64,000 nucleotides of DNA from Candidatus Sungiibacteriota bacterium (GCA_016201505.1 JACQCQ010000002.1:12750-76749), one strand, 5' to 3'; shown: positions 7,925 through 16,238, numbered from the stretch's first letter. The notes: generated by a model not told the origin, from the sequence alone. Translations and numbers: made by a program.

Positions 7925-8178
7925 GGATATAATGTTTTCGTCATTGTAAGCTGGAGTAATCGGAGCCTCACTTCTCGTCTCTGGCTTCGAGATCCTAAAA
8001 ATGAATGCTACATTCATTTTGTCATCCTCGCGCCGGAGTAACTCAGCCTGCCCCGTTACCGCCACCTTAGCTCCCTCCTTAGCTCAAATTTATTTTGAGC
8101 TTCAGAAGGGCGAGATTACCCCAAACGAGGGCAGGCTTGCACTTCCGCAGCTTCGATGAGAGTCGAAGCAGAGAGGTT

Positions 8179-8251
8179 GCCACCTTAGCTCAGCTGGTAG
8201 AGCAGCACTTTCGTAAAGTGAAGGTCCCGAGTTCGAATCTCGGAGGTGGCT
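8179..8251 (+). tRNA. tRNA-Thr (anticodon CGT)
   Basis: Manual fold: acceptor GCCACCT/AGGTGGC, D-arm GCTC-AGCTGGTA-GAGC, anticodon loop TTCGTAA (U33, CGT, A37), T-arm CCGAG-TTCGAAT-CTCGG, discriminator T. Confidence 0.75.
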
Positions 8252-8268
8252 CTGATAGAATAAGATGA

Positions 8269-8337
8269 ATGGCTGACATTCCCGCACGTCTTAAAAAAAC
8301 AAAAACTAATATCCGCGTGCTCGCGGAACGTCTTTGA
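8269..8337 (+). other. Relic upstream copy of the RF2 leader ORF0 (22 codons MADIPARLKKTKTNIRVLAERL ending CTT TGA C)
   Basis: ATG at 8269 is in frame through CTT(8332-8334) TGA(8335-8337). It is homologous in length and sequence to the functional ORF0 at 8636 (MNDIQQRLNIVRDKVRVLAERL) and shares its last 28 nt exactly. Confidence 0.5.
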
Positions 8338-8339
8338 CC

Positions 8340-8630
8340 CCGCCCCTTGAGATTTATTATGTATGATATGTATGTGCTCGGTATGAGTAATGGACAATTT
8401 TATGCCGGCTTTGCATCAGACTTAAAAAAGCGAGTTGCAGAACATAAACATGGTAAAGTTTCTACAACAAAAAAATATCTCCCAGTTTCGCTGATATTTA
8501 TGAATGCTATCTTTCCGAGCGAGATGCAAAACATAGAGAATATATGCTAAAGAAATTTGGCAGTACGTATTCTCACCTCAAGAAACGTATTAAAGATAGC
8601 ATTCAGAAATCTCAAGGGCGGGGTTTGACC
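8340..8630 (+). mobile_element. GIY-YIG mini-element copy 2 with terminal inverted repeats and flanking TTTGACC repeats
   Basis: Left end TTTGACC|CCGCCCCTTGAG at 8333-8351, right end CTCAAGGGCGGGG|TTTGACC at 8611-8630. The inverted repeat has an 8-bp perfect core CCCTTGAG/CTCAAGGG extended to about 13 bp. It encloses the GIY-YIG ORF. The whole unit lies between two copies of the 28-bp prfB recoding segment (8312-8339 and 8679-8706). Confidence 0.6.
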
Positions 8631-8633
8631 TAA
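8359..8633 (+). pseudogene. GIY-YIG nuclease-family gene, copy 2, interrupted by a +1 frameshift in a T-run near 8497-8500
   Basis: N-terminal part MYDMYVLGMSNGQFYAGFASDLKKRVAEHKHGK...KKYLPVSLI matches the GIY-YIG pattern. The conserved C-terminal part (YECYLSERDAKHREYMLKKFGSTYSHLKKRIKDSIQKSQG) continues in the -1 frame to TAA at 8631-8633, consistent with a single T inserted in ATATTTATG. Confidence 0.6.
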
Positions 8634-8635
8634 AT

Positions 8636-9749
8636 ATGAATGATATACAACAAAGGTTGAATATTGTACGAGATAAGGTCCGCGTGCTCGCGGAACGTCT
8701 TTGACCTGCGCCAACTTCGCGAGGACATTTTAAAATACGAGTCTGAATTATCAGCGTCGCATATTTGGCAGAATGATCCCGAACGGGCGAAAGAGTTGGG
8801 ATCGCAAATAGCCAATAGCAAAAAAGAAATCGCGCGCTGGGAACATATCACGGGCGAGGCCGCGACGCTTGAGGAACTCTGGGCCATCGCCGGAGCCAGT
8901 CCCGATTCCGGGTTTCTCCGCGAATTTGATGAGCGGCTCTTTATGCTTGAGCAGAGTCTCCGGGCAGTCGAAATTGAATATTTATTTAGCGGAAAATATG
9001 ATAAAGGCTCGGCGCTGGTTTCGATTTATTCCGGCGCCGGAGGCAAAGACGCCGAAGATTGGGCGGCGATGCTGGCGCGCATGTACGAGCGCTACGCTGA
9101 ACGCCTGGGCTGGAAGGTGATCCGCGTCCACGAACATAACGGCGAGTACCACGGCCCGTCGGGCTGGGGGATTAAAAACGTAACACTCGATATAAAAGGC
9201 GACTTTGCTTATGGCTATTTAAAACATGAGCGCGGCGTGCATCGGCTGGTGCGCATCTCGCCGTTTTCATCGCAGTCACTGCGGCACACCTCATTTGCGC
9301 TGGTTGAAGCCCTGCCCGAGATGATTGAGCCGGAAGAAATCGAAATCAAACCCGAAGAAATTACCTTTGATTTTTTCCGCGCGTCAGGTCCGGGCGGCCA
9401 AAATGTAAATAAACGTGAGACGGCGGTGCGCGTGATTCATAATCCGACCGGCATACAGGCAACGGCTCAAAGCGAACGGACGCAGGAACGAAATCGTGAG
9501 ACGGCCATGCAGCACTTGCGGGCCAAGTTGTACCAAAAAAAGTTAGCCGAGATCGAGGCCGAACGGCGCGGCATCCGCGGCGAGCAGGTATCGGTTGAAT
9601 GGGGTTCGCAAATTCGCTCGTATGTCCTGCATCCATACCGGCTCGTCAAAGACCATCGCACCAATTACGAAACCTCGGATGTTGAGGGGGTACTCGACGG
9701 TGATCTAGACGCGCTGGTTGAGGCTTCGATTCGAAGAGTAATGCCGTAG
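8636..9749 (+). CDS. prfB: Peptide chain release factor 2, expressed through a programmed +1 ribosomal frameshift
   Basis: ORF0 runs ATG 8636..CTT 8701 then TGA 8702-8704. The +1 frame (GAC at 8703) continues DLRQLREDIL...SPF...GGQ... to 9749. SPF and GGQ motifs identify RF2. Confidence 0.9.
8699..8705 (+). promoter_or_regulatory. RF2 programmed +1 frameshift (recoding) site CTT TGA C
   Basis: Classic autoregulatory shifty site: CTT in frame 0 is followed by the in-frame TGA, and TTT GAC is read in the +1 frame. Confidence 0.8.
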
Positions 9750-9811
9750 TTTGGTTCCCCGCGGCAGGCTTGGTATAATGCTACCAGTGCAGGATACTGC
9801 AGGGTCCGCTT

Positions 9812-10492
9812 ATGATTTTTCTTGATAATGTCTCAAAAATTTATTCTGAAACAGCAACTGCCTTAAAAGGAATTACCCTGCGCATTAAGCCTAAAGAGTT
9901 TGTTTCGCTGGTCGGCCCTTCCGGCTCCGGCAAGACGACCCTGTTTAAGCTTTTAATTCGCGAGGAGGATCCCTCGGAGGGGAAGATTTTTTTTGAGGAT
10001 GTCGATATTACGGGTATGGCGGCGAAAGACTTGCCCTATTTGCGCCGCCGCGTCGGCCGCGTATTCCAGGACTATCGGCTGCTGCCCATGAAAAATACTT
10101 TTGAAAATGTGGCCTTTGCCATGGAGGCGGCAGGCAAAACGAAAGAAGAGATCGAGCATGACGTGCCGCAAGTCTTGGAACTTGTCGGCCTCGCGGACAA
10201 GTCGAATAATTTTCCGCATGAATTGTCGGGCGGCGAGTCGCAACGGGTTGCCATTGCGCGGGCTTTAGTCAATCGTCCCGATGTGATTCTGGCCGATGAG
10301 CCGACGGGAAATTTGGATCCCACCAATACCTGGGATATCATCAGGCTGCTTGAAAAAATTAATGAACTTGGAACCACAGTCATGCTCGCCACGCATGATA
10401 AGGAAGTCATCGATTCATTGGGCCGCCGCGTCGTGGCGCTTGAGAAGGGCGAGGTCATTCGTGACGAGAAGAAAGGCAAATACGAGGAATAA
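9812..10492 (+). CDS. ftsE: Cell-division ABC transporter ATP-binding protein
   Basis: Walker A GPSGSGKTT, ABC signature LSGGESQRVAIARAL, Walker B ILADEPTGNLD. Immediately followed by an FtsX-like permease. Confidence 0.9.
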   Translation: MIFLDNVSKIYSETATALKGITLRIKPKEFVSLVGPSGSGKTTLFKLLIREEDPSEGKIFFEDVDITGMAAKDLPYLRRRVGRVFQDYRLLPMKNTFENVAFAMEAAGKTKEEIEHDVPQVLELVGLADKSNNFPHELSGGESQRVAIARALVNRPDVILADEPTGNLDPTNTWDIIRLLEKINELGTTVMLATHDKEVIDSLGRRVVALEKGEVIRDEKKGKYEE

Positions 10493-10500
10493 TTATTTGC

Positions 10501-11412
10501 ATGAAATTATCCGAACTTATTCGCAGAATCAGTCTGTCAGCCGCCTTGTCCTTTTGGCGGAACGGGCTTCTTTCGACGGCGACAGTCTTGGTCATGGTGC
10601 TGGCACTTTTTGTCATCGGCGGCCTTCTGCTTTCCTCCGTTTTGATGAATTCAGTGCTGGATAGTCTGCAAAATAAAATTGATGTCTCGGTGTATTTCCT
10701 GCCAAATACGCCCGAGGATTTAATTTTGGGACTGAAATCTGAATTTCTTAAAATTCCGAATGTAAAAAATATTTTGTATGTCTCTCAAGCCGAAGCCTTA
10801 GAAAACTTTAAGACCAAAAATCAGGCTAACCCGACCATCGCTGAATCTTTAAAGGAACTGGATACGAATCCTCTTGAAGGTTCCTTAAATATTACCGCTC
10901 TCGATCCAACAAAATTTTCTGACATCTCCTCAATCATCGAAGCGCGGAAGGAGCAATCGATTGATAAGATCAATTTTCATGAAAATCAGTCAGCCATTGC
11001 GAGATTAACTGAAATTATGAATGGTTCGCGAAGCGCCGGTGCGGTGCTCGCCGTCGTTCTCATAATTGTCGCAGTGACGGTTACATATAATACGGTGCGC
11101 CTCGCCATCTTTACGGCCAAAGACGAAATTTCCATCATGCGGCTCGTTGGTGCGACCGCCTGGTATGTCCGATTACCCTTTCTATTGGAAGGCGTCATTG
11201 ACGGGGTGATTTCAGCTATTATCACGACATTCGTTTTCCTGCCGATTGTTTCGATTCTCTCGCCTAAAATCAGTTCGTTTACCGGCGGCATAGATTTATG
11301 GGCTTATTTTGGCTCGCATTTTTTTGAATTCTTTTTCATTCTCTTATTTATCGGCGTAGGGCTGGGGATTATCTCGGCTTTTCTGGCCACCCGCAAATAC
11401 TTGAAAGTTTAG
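10501..11412 (+). CDS. ftsX: Cell-division ABC transporter permease
   Basis: 303 aa with an N-terminal TM segment, periplasmic domain and three C-terminal TM segments. Position directly after ftsE. Confidence 0.85.
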   Translation: MKLSELIRRISLSAALSFWRNGLLSTATVLVMVLALFVIGGLLLSSVLMNSVLDSLQNKIDVSVYFLPNTPEDLILGLKSEFLKIPNVKNILYVSQAEALENFKTKNQANPTIAESLKELDTNPLEGSLNITALDPTKFSDISSIIEARKEQSIDKINFHENQSAIARLTEIMNGSRSAGAVLAVVLIIVAVTVTYNTVRLAIFTAKDEISIMRLVGATAWYVRLPFLLEGVIDGVISAIITTFVFLPIVSILSPKISSFTGGIDLWAYFGSHFFEFFFILLFIGVGLGIISAFLATRKYLKV

Positions 11413-11527
11413 ACATCTCGTCTATACTACGGTCAATTTCGTTCATACCAGTTCGGTTCTTTTATAGCGAACTCAATACTCGTTGTTTCCATCTTTAACA
11501 TGCGGAGAAGGTCCGCAAGAGGTCATC

Positions 11528-11872
11528 ATGGCGATACGAGTTAGGACGATCGAGTTCTACGGCACAACGGATGCAACTTTCACGGAGGAAGACTGCGAAG
11601 CATCGCTCTTTCGTCCCCACTACGCGCGCATCGAGGGTGGGGACGACGACCCGAAAGCAGTACTCGAGAAAGAGTTGAGATCTCGCCGGGAGATCGAGGA
11701 GGCCATTCTCGAGCCCCAGCGCCGGGCGAGGAAGAGGGCGGGTCAAGATATCAGCCGGGATCTGAATCTGGTTTACACCGCGCTGATCCCGATCTGCCAG
11801 GAGCGGTGGAAGGTGACGGAGGGCGAGTCGCTGGACGTCAGGTACCGCATTCGCATCTCGCGACCGCTCTAG
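11528..11872 (+). CDS. Hypothetical charged protein encoded in a GC-rich islet
   Basis: ATG preceded by a GAGG-type RBS. The + strand is supported by a downstream terminator. An antisense ORF at 11495..11887 is rejected. Local GC is above that of the flanking genes. Confidence 0.4.
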   Translation: MAIRVRTIEFYGTTDATFTEEDCEASLFRPHYARIEGGDDDPKAVLEKELRSRREIEEAILEPQRRARKRAGQDISRDLNLVYTALIPICQERWKVTEGESLDVRYRIRISRPL

Positions 11873-11888
11873 AGTGCGTGCGCCCACG

Positions 11889-11925
11889 GGCGCGGCCGTC
11901 CATCGGCCGCGCCCCGTTTTATTAT
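11889..11925 (+). terminator. Rho-independent terminator (GGCGCGGCCG tcca TCGGCCGCGCC + TTTTATTATTT)
   Basis: GC-rich stem followed by a T-tract. Confidence 0.6.
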
Positions 11926-12238
11926 TTGATCCCGTTAGAAAATCCCGTAACTTAAAAAAAGTTGTGGCTTGAATAATTTTAAATCTGGCGCTGGATAATG
12001 GCTCGTGTTAATTTTCTATCGGGATTGAAATATCACTTAAAAATCGGCATTATAGACAAAGTTTTCTTATTATCAGGCAGACCGTAGGTCTACCATAAGA
12101 AAACCTTAAGCGAAGAATCTCTTTTCAAAACACTCAATTTGCGAGCGACCATGGTGTCATAGACGAGCGAGCAAATTGGTGAGAGAGTTTTATCGGTGGG
12201 AAAACGAACTATTTTGAAAAGACGGTTCGAGCAGACAA

Positions 12239-12309
12239 TGCGGGATCGGCTAACGGCAGGCCACGAGACTCTGAATCTCGGTATCTTGGTTCGAATCCAA
12301 GTCCCGCAG
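12239..12309 (+). tRNA. tRNA-Gln (anticodon CTG)
   Basis: Manual fold: acceptor TGCGGGA/TCCCGCA, D-arm GGCT-AACGGCA-GGCC, anticodon stem CGAGA/TCTCG with loop CTCTGAA (U33, CTG, A37), T-arm CTTGG-TTCGAAT-CCAAG, discriminator G. Confidence 0.75.
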
Positions 12310-12712
12310 CCCTTCGACAAGCTCAGGGCCTTTGCCATAATAGGCTCATGAGTTGGAATGTTTACATTCTTCTTTGCGATCAGAAAACTTTTTATGTTGG
12401 TCTAACAGATAATATTGAAAGACGAGTGAACCAGCATAATCGGAAAGAGTCATTTTTCACTAAAAAGTTTTCTGATGTAAGGCTGGTGTATCAAGAAGAA
12501 TATAGAAACAGAGCCACGGCTGAAAAAAGAGAACTGCAGCTCAAGAAGTGGAGTATCGCAAAGAAGAAAGCTCTCATTATTGGAGATAAGGAATTGCTAA
12601 AGAAATTAAGCAAAAGCCGTGAGGTTGACGATATGCTGGGGTAGTAAAGATAATGGTGAGCAGTTCGACAAGCTCACTGTTGAACGTGTCGAATCCATCC
12701 AAGTCCCGCAGC
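12291..12712 (+). mobile_element. GIY-YIG mini-element copy 3 inserted at the 3' end of tRNA-Gln, bounded by direct repeats of the tRNA 3' end
   Basis: tRNA 3' segment TCGAATCCAAGTCCCGCAGC (12291-12310) recurs as TCGAATCCATCCAAGTCCCGCAGC (12689-12712) after the GIY-YIG gene. Sub-terminal TTCGACAAGCTCA is present near both ends (12313-12325 and 12664-12676). Confidence 0.55.
12348..12644 (+). CDS. Small GIY-YIG nuclease-family protein, copy 3 (intact)
   Basis: MSWNVYILLCDQKTFYVGLTDNIERRVNQHN...RELQLKKWSIAKKKALI matches the GIY-YIG pattern and the C-terminal KxW region of this family. Confidence 0.8.
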   Translation: MSWNVYILLCDQKTFYVGLTDNIERRVNQHNRKESFFTKKFSDVRLVYQEEYRNRATAEKRELQLKKWSIAKKKALIIGDKELLKKLSKSREVDDMLG

Positions 12713-12897
12713 TATCCTTCATTAAAGCTACGGAATAGCAGGCCATCTTTCGCCAAGGTCCACTACGCCTCCAGAGCTGCAAGCAACGGAGCGTTACAGA
12801 ATGGCATGCCCCCAGTTGAGGAAATTTGGAGTCAGGCTTTAGGGGCTAAAGCCTGAATGCGGTTGCTATTTAGCCCTGAATGCGATAAAAACAAGTC

Positions 12898-13158
12898 ATG
12901 GCTAAAAAACTATTTGTAGGAGGGCTGTCGTACGACACAACCGACAGCTCGTTGCGGGAAGCCTTCTCGAAGGCCGGAACGGTTGAGTCGGCAGCAGTCA
13001 TTACCGATAAAATGTCCGGTCGGTCCAAGGGATTTGGTTTTGTCGAAATGTCATCGGAAGATGAAGCGGCAAACGCCATTTCAACGCTAAACGGCAAAAA
13101 TCTGGACGGGCGTGCGATTACGGTAAACGAGGCGAGGCCGCAGGAACCAAGACGCTAA
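12898..13158 (+). CDS. RRM-type RNA-binding protein
   Basis: RNP2 LFVGGL and RNP1 KGFGFVEM motifs. 86 aa. Confidence 0.85.
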   Translation: MAKKLFVGGLSYDTTDSSLREAFSKAGTVESAAVITDKMSGRSKGFGFVEMSSEDEAANAISTLNGKNLDGRAITVNEARPQEPRR

Positions 13159-13174
13159 GGCATAGCAAAATGAA

Positions 13175-13210
13175 AACCACCCGACGTGACGTCGGGGGGT
13201 TTTCATTTTG
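13175..13210 (+). terminator. Rho-independent terminator (AAAACCACCCGACG tga CGTCGGGGGGTTTT + TCATTTTG)
   Basis: Long GC stem followed by a T-tract. Confidence 0.6.
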
Positions 13211-13280
13211 CGCACCCATTCATCTTTTGAGGAGAAGGCCGTCGTTCTTTTGCGAAAGATCAGCGCTTCGGGTATGGTAG

Positions 13281-14389
13281 AAAAAATTAGAGACAGTTGT
13301 ATGAGAAAAACTCTGCCCGTCAGAACGTGGATTGAACTCGACAAAAAGGCCCTGCTCGCCAATTTTAATTTTTTTGCCTCACGGGCACGGGGCATGGAAA
13401 TTATGGCGGTGATTAAATCAAACGCCTACGGACATGGCCTGGTTACGGTCGCTCGATGCATCTCGGGAAAATCAAAAAAAATCTGGCTCGGTGTTGATTC
13501 GATTACCGAAGCTTTGGCATTGCGCCGTGAAAAAATAAAAAATCCGATTTTGGTTTTAGGCTATACCCTGCCGAATCGCATGAAAGAGGCGCGCCAAAAT
13601 AACGTTTCGATAACCATTTCTAATTTTGAAAGCCTGAAGGCGCTCGAAACCTTAAAAGCCAAGCCGGCCTTTCATATTAAAATCGAAACCGGCATGAATC
13701 GACTCGGATTTAAAAAGGCAGACTGGCCAAAATTAATTTCCCGGCTGCAAAAATCAAACCTGACGCCCGATGGGATCTATTCGCATCTGGCCGAGGCCAC
13801 GGATAGAAAATATTCAAAAAAACAAATCGAGTGTTTTCGCGAGGCGATTTTAAGTTTTAAAAACTCCGGCATCAGGCCAAAATTCGCGCACATCTTAAAA
13901 ACTGAAGGCATACTTAATTTCCCCAGTGTCGGGAGCATGGTGCGTATTGGCATCGGTCTTTATGGCTACATTCCCTCGCGGCTTAAAAATCTAAAGCCGG
14001 TGATGACCTGGAAAACGATGGTGGCGGAGGTAAAAAATGTGAGACAGGGTGAGCTCATCGGTTATGGCTTGACGGAAAAGTTTCGCCGCGATTCCCGCGT
14101 TGCGGTACTGCCCATCGGCTACTGGCATGGGTATGATCGGGGGTTGTCATCTATTGGCGAAGTCTTAATTCACGGTCAACGCGTAAAAGTTATGGGACGC
14201 GTCTCGATGGACATGACCGTGGTGGATATAACGAATATTCAAAACGTTAAAGTGGGCGATGAAGCGGTACTTCTCGGCCGGCAGGGGAATGATTATATTT
14301 CGGGTGATGAAATTGCCGACAAGATCGGAACAATCGTCTACGAAGTCATTACGCGCATTAATCCGCTGATTTATAAGGTTGTCGTATAA
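13281..14389 (+). CDS. alr: Alanine racemase
   Basis: PLP-site motif AVIKSNAYGHG. Length and domain order are typical. ATG 13281 is chosen over the upstream alternative start. Confidence 0.85.
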
Positions 14390-14404
14390 TTTATTTATTT
14401 AACT

Positions 14405-14965
14405 ATGGCTAAGACTATCCAACGAGTGGCCTTCGGCGGCGGATGCTTCTGGTGCACCGAAGCCGTCTTTCTTGAATTGAAGGGTGTCGCGAATGTCACA
14501 CCCGGCTATGCCGGAGGAGCTCTATCGGCTGACGGAAAGAATCCGACCTACGGGCAAGTCTCGTCCGGAAAAACCGGACACGCCGAGGTCATTTTAATTG
14601 AATATGATCCATCAATTATCTCGTTTCAAACATTACTCGACGTCTTTTTTATTTCGCATGATCCAACGACTCTCAATCGGCAGGGAAATGATGTGGGAAC
14701 ACAGTATCGGTCTGTTATTTTGTTTTCGACCGATGATCAAAAGAAAGAGGCCGAAGCCAGTATCGCGGATCTCGCCGGTGAGAAAAAATACTCTCGCGCG
14801 ATCGTAACCGAAGTGGTGCCGCTCGGCGCGTTTTATCCGGCGGAGGAGTATCACCGAGAGTACTACCAGCGCCATCCCACCGAAGGTTACTCTCAATACG
14901 TCATCGAGCCCAAGATGCAAAAATTAAAAAAGGAACGGCCCGATCTTTTAAAATCAAATGTCTAG
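14405..14965 (+). CDS. msrA: Peptide methionine sulfoxide reductase MsrA
   Basis: Active-site GGGCFWCTEAVF motif. 186 aa. Confidence 0.9.
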   Translation: MAKTIQRVAFGGGCFWCTEAVFLELKGVANVTPGYAGGALSADGKNPTYGQVSSGKTGHAEVILIEYDPSIISFQTLLDVFFISHDPTTLNRQGNDVGTQYRSVILFSTDDQKKEAEASIADLAGEKKYSRAIVTEVVPLGAFYPAEEYHREYYQRHPTEGYSQYVIEPKMQKLKKERPDLLKSNV

Positions 14966-15575
14966 GCGGGCGTTTTATTGGCTGTTAATCGTTCTCCTGA
15001 CTGCCGCGGGATATTGGTTTTTTACGCGGCGGCACTTTATGGCGGATCGTCCAACGCGCGGCGGGACCATTGTGGCGTTTGGCGACAGTTTAACGGAGGG
15101 CGTTGGCGCAACTAGCGGCCATGACTACGTTTCGGTTCTTGCGCGGCGGATTGGCATGCCGATTATCAATGCCGGGAGATCGGGAGACACCACCGCCACT
15201 GCTCTCGGTCGGCTTGAGTCCGATGTGCTGGATAAAAATCCCAAAATCGTCATTTTATTTCTGGGCGGGAACGACGCCATTCGGTCGCGTCCGGTGGCGG
15301 AAACGTTCGCCAATCTAAAAGACATGATAGAAATGATACATAGGCACGGCTCGGCGGTGATGCTCATTGGTATTCATGTCGGCCTTTCAGCCTCGACCTA
15401 CGACACAAATTTTGCCGATCTTGCCGAGCGCGAAAAAACCAGTTTTGTGCCCAATATTTTAGGCGGCATTTTAGGCCATGACAATTTGATGTCTGACGGC
15501 ATCCATCCCGATGACCAAGGCTACCGCATCGTAGCCGATCGTATCGAGCCGATCTTGATGGAAATGCTGAAATAA
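14958..15575 (+). CDS. SGNH/GDSL-family hydrolase (arylesterase/lysophospholipase-like) with N-terminal TM
   Basis: Blocks GDSLTEG, GGNDA and DGIHP (catalytic Ser, Gly, Asn, His). Confidence 0.8.
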   Translation: MSRRAFYWLLIVLLTAAGYWFFTRRHFMADRPTRGGTIVAFGDSLTEGVGATSGHDYVSVLARRIGMPIINAGRSGDTTATALGRLESDVLDKNPKIVILFLGGNDAIRSRPVAETFANLKDMIEMIHRHGSAVMLIGIHVGLSASTYDTNFADLAEREKTSFVPNILGGILGHDNLMSDGIHPDDQGYRIVADRIEPILMEMLK

Positions 15576-15646
15576 ATTTTAATACAGCTTGTAGTATTGT
15601 TCGAGTCTCACGTAGGATAGAATAAAAATCTAATACATTACGAGTC

Positions 15647-16150
15647 ATGCAAAAAGGAGTTATCAGCGTCATCGCACTGATCATTTTAATTGGTGGGGGC
15701 TATTGGTTGTTTGGCGGGGCATTGAAGACCGGATCCTCGAGTTCGGCGGGCGAGATTACTGGAGCTCGTGATATGAGCCAGCCGGGGAATAAAACCGCTG
15801 GCCAGACCCAAGCCGCCACAGAGTCCACGCCTCCGCCAACGACCGAAACACCAACGGGATCGGCCGCGGCGCGCCAGATTTCAGTGACTGTAAACGGCCA
15901 AAACTTTTCCTTTTCCCCTTCCGTGATTAACGCGAAAAAAGGCGATGTCATCACCGTCAATTTCGTAAATCAAGACGGCTTCCATGATTTGCGAATCGAT
16001 GGTTACAATGTCGGCACTAATCAAATTGCGTCAGGCGAGACCAATTCCTTCACATTCACCGCGGACAAAGCCGGAAGTTTTGAGTACTACTGCTCGGTTT
16101 CGAGTCACCGCGCCATGGGCATGAGGGGGACGCTTGTCGTGGCCGAATAA
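15647..16150 (+). CDS. Secreted cupredoxin-domain (plastocyanin/azurin-like) blue-copper protein with Thr/Pro-rich linker
   Basis: N-terminal TM or signal. C-terminal ...GFHDL...YYCSVSSHRAMGM supplies His, Cys, His and Met copper ligands. Confidence 0.7.
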   Translation: MQKGVISVIALIILIGGGYWLFGGALKTGSSSSAGEITGARDMSQPGNKTAGQTQAATESTPPPTTETPTGSAAARQISVTVNGQNFSFSPSVINAKKGDVITVNFVNQDGFHDLRIDGYNVGTNQIASGETNSFTFTADKAGSFEYYCSVSSHRAMGMRGTLVVAE

Positions 16151-16238
16151 ATTAGAGACACTTTGTGTAATCGCAGAATGTGCATCATCCCCCATTCTCT
16201 TATGAGGTAGTTCTTGGTGTGCTATATTACGAATATCT

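Noticed and set aside
8102-8397. Minus-strand ORFs 8102..8287 and 8185..8397
   Set aside because: They overlap tRNA-Thr and the GIY-YIG/TIR region on the opposite strand. They are explained by the tRNA and element structure.
8636-9749. Alternative genetic code with UGA read as a sense codon (as in some CPR lineages)
   Set aside because: An RF2 gene with an intact UGA-dependent recoding site is present, and several confident genes terminate with TGA (gatB, thyA, alr region), so the standard code is assumed.
12090-12338. Minus-strand 82-aa ORF
   Set aside because: It overlaps tRNA-Gln on the opposite strand.
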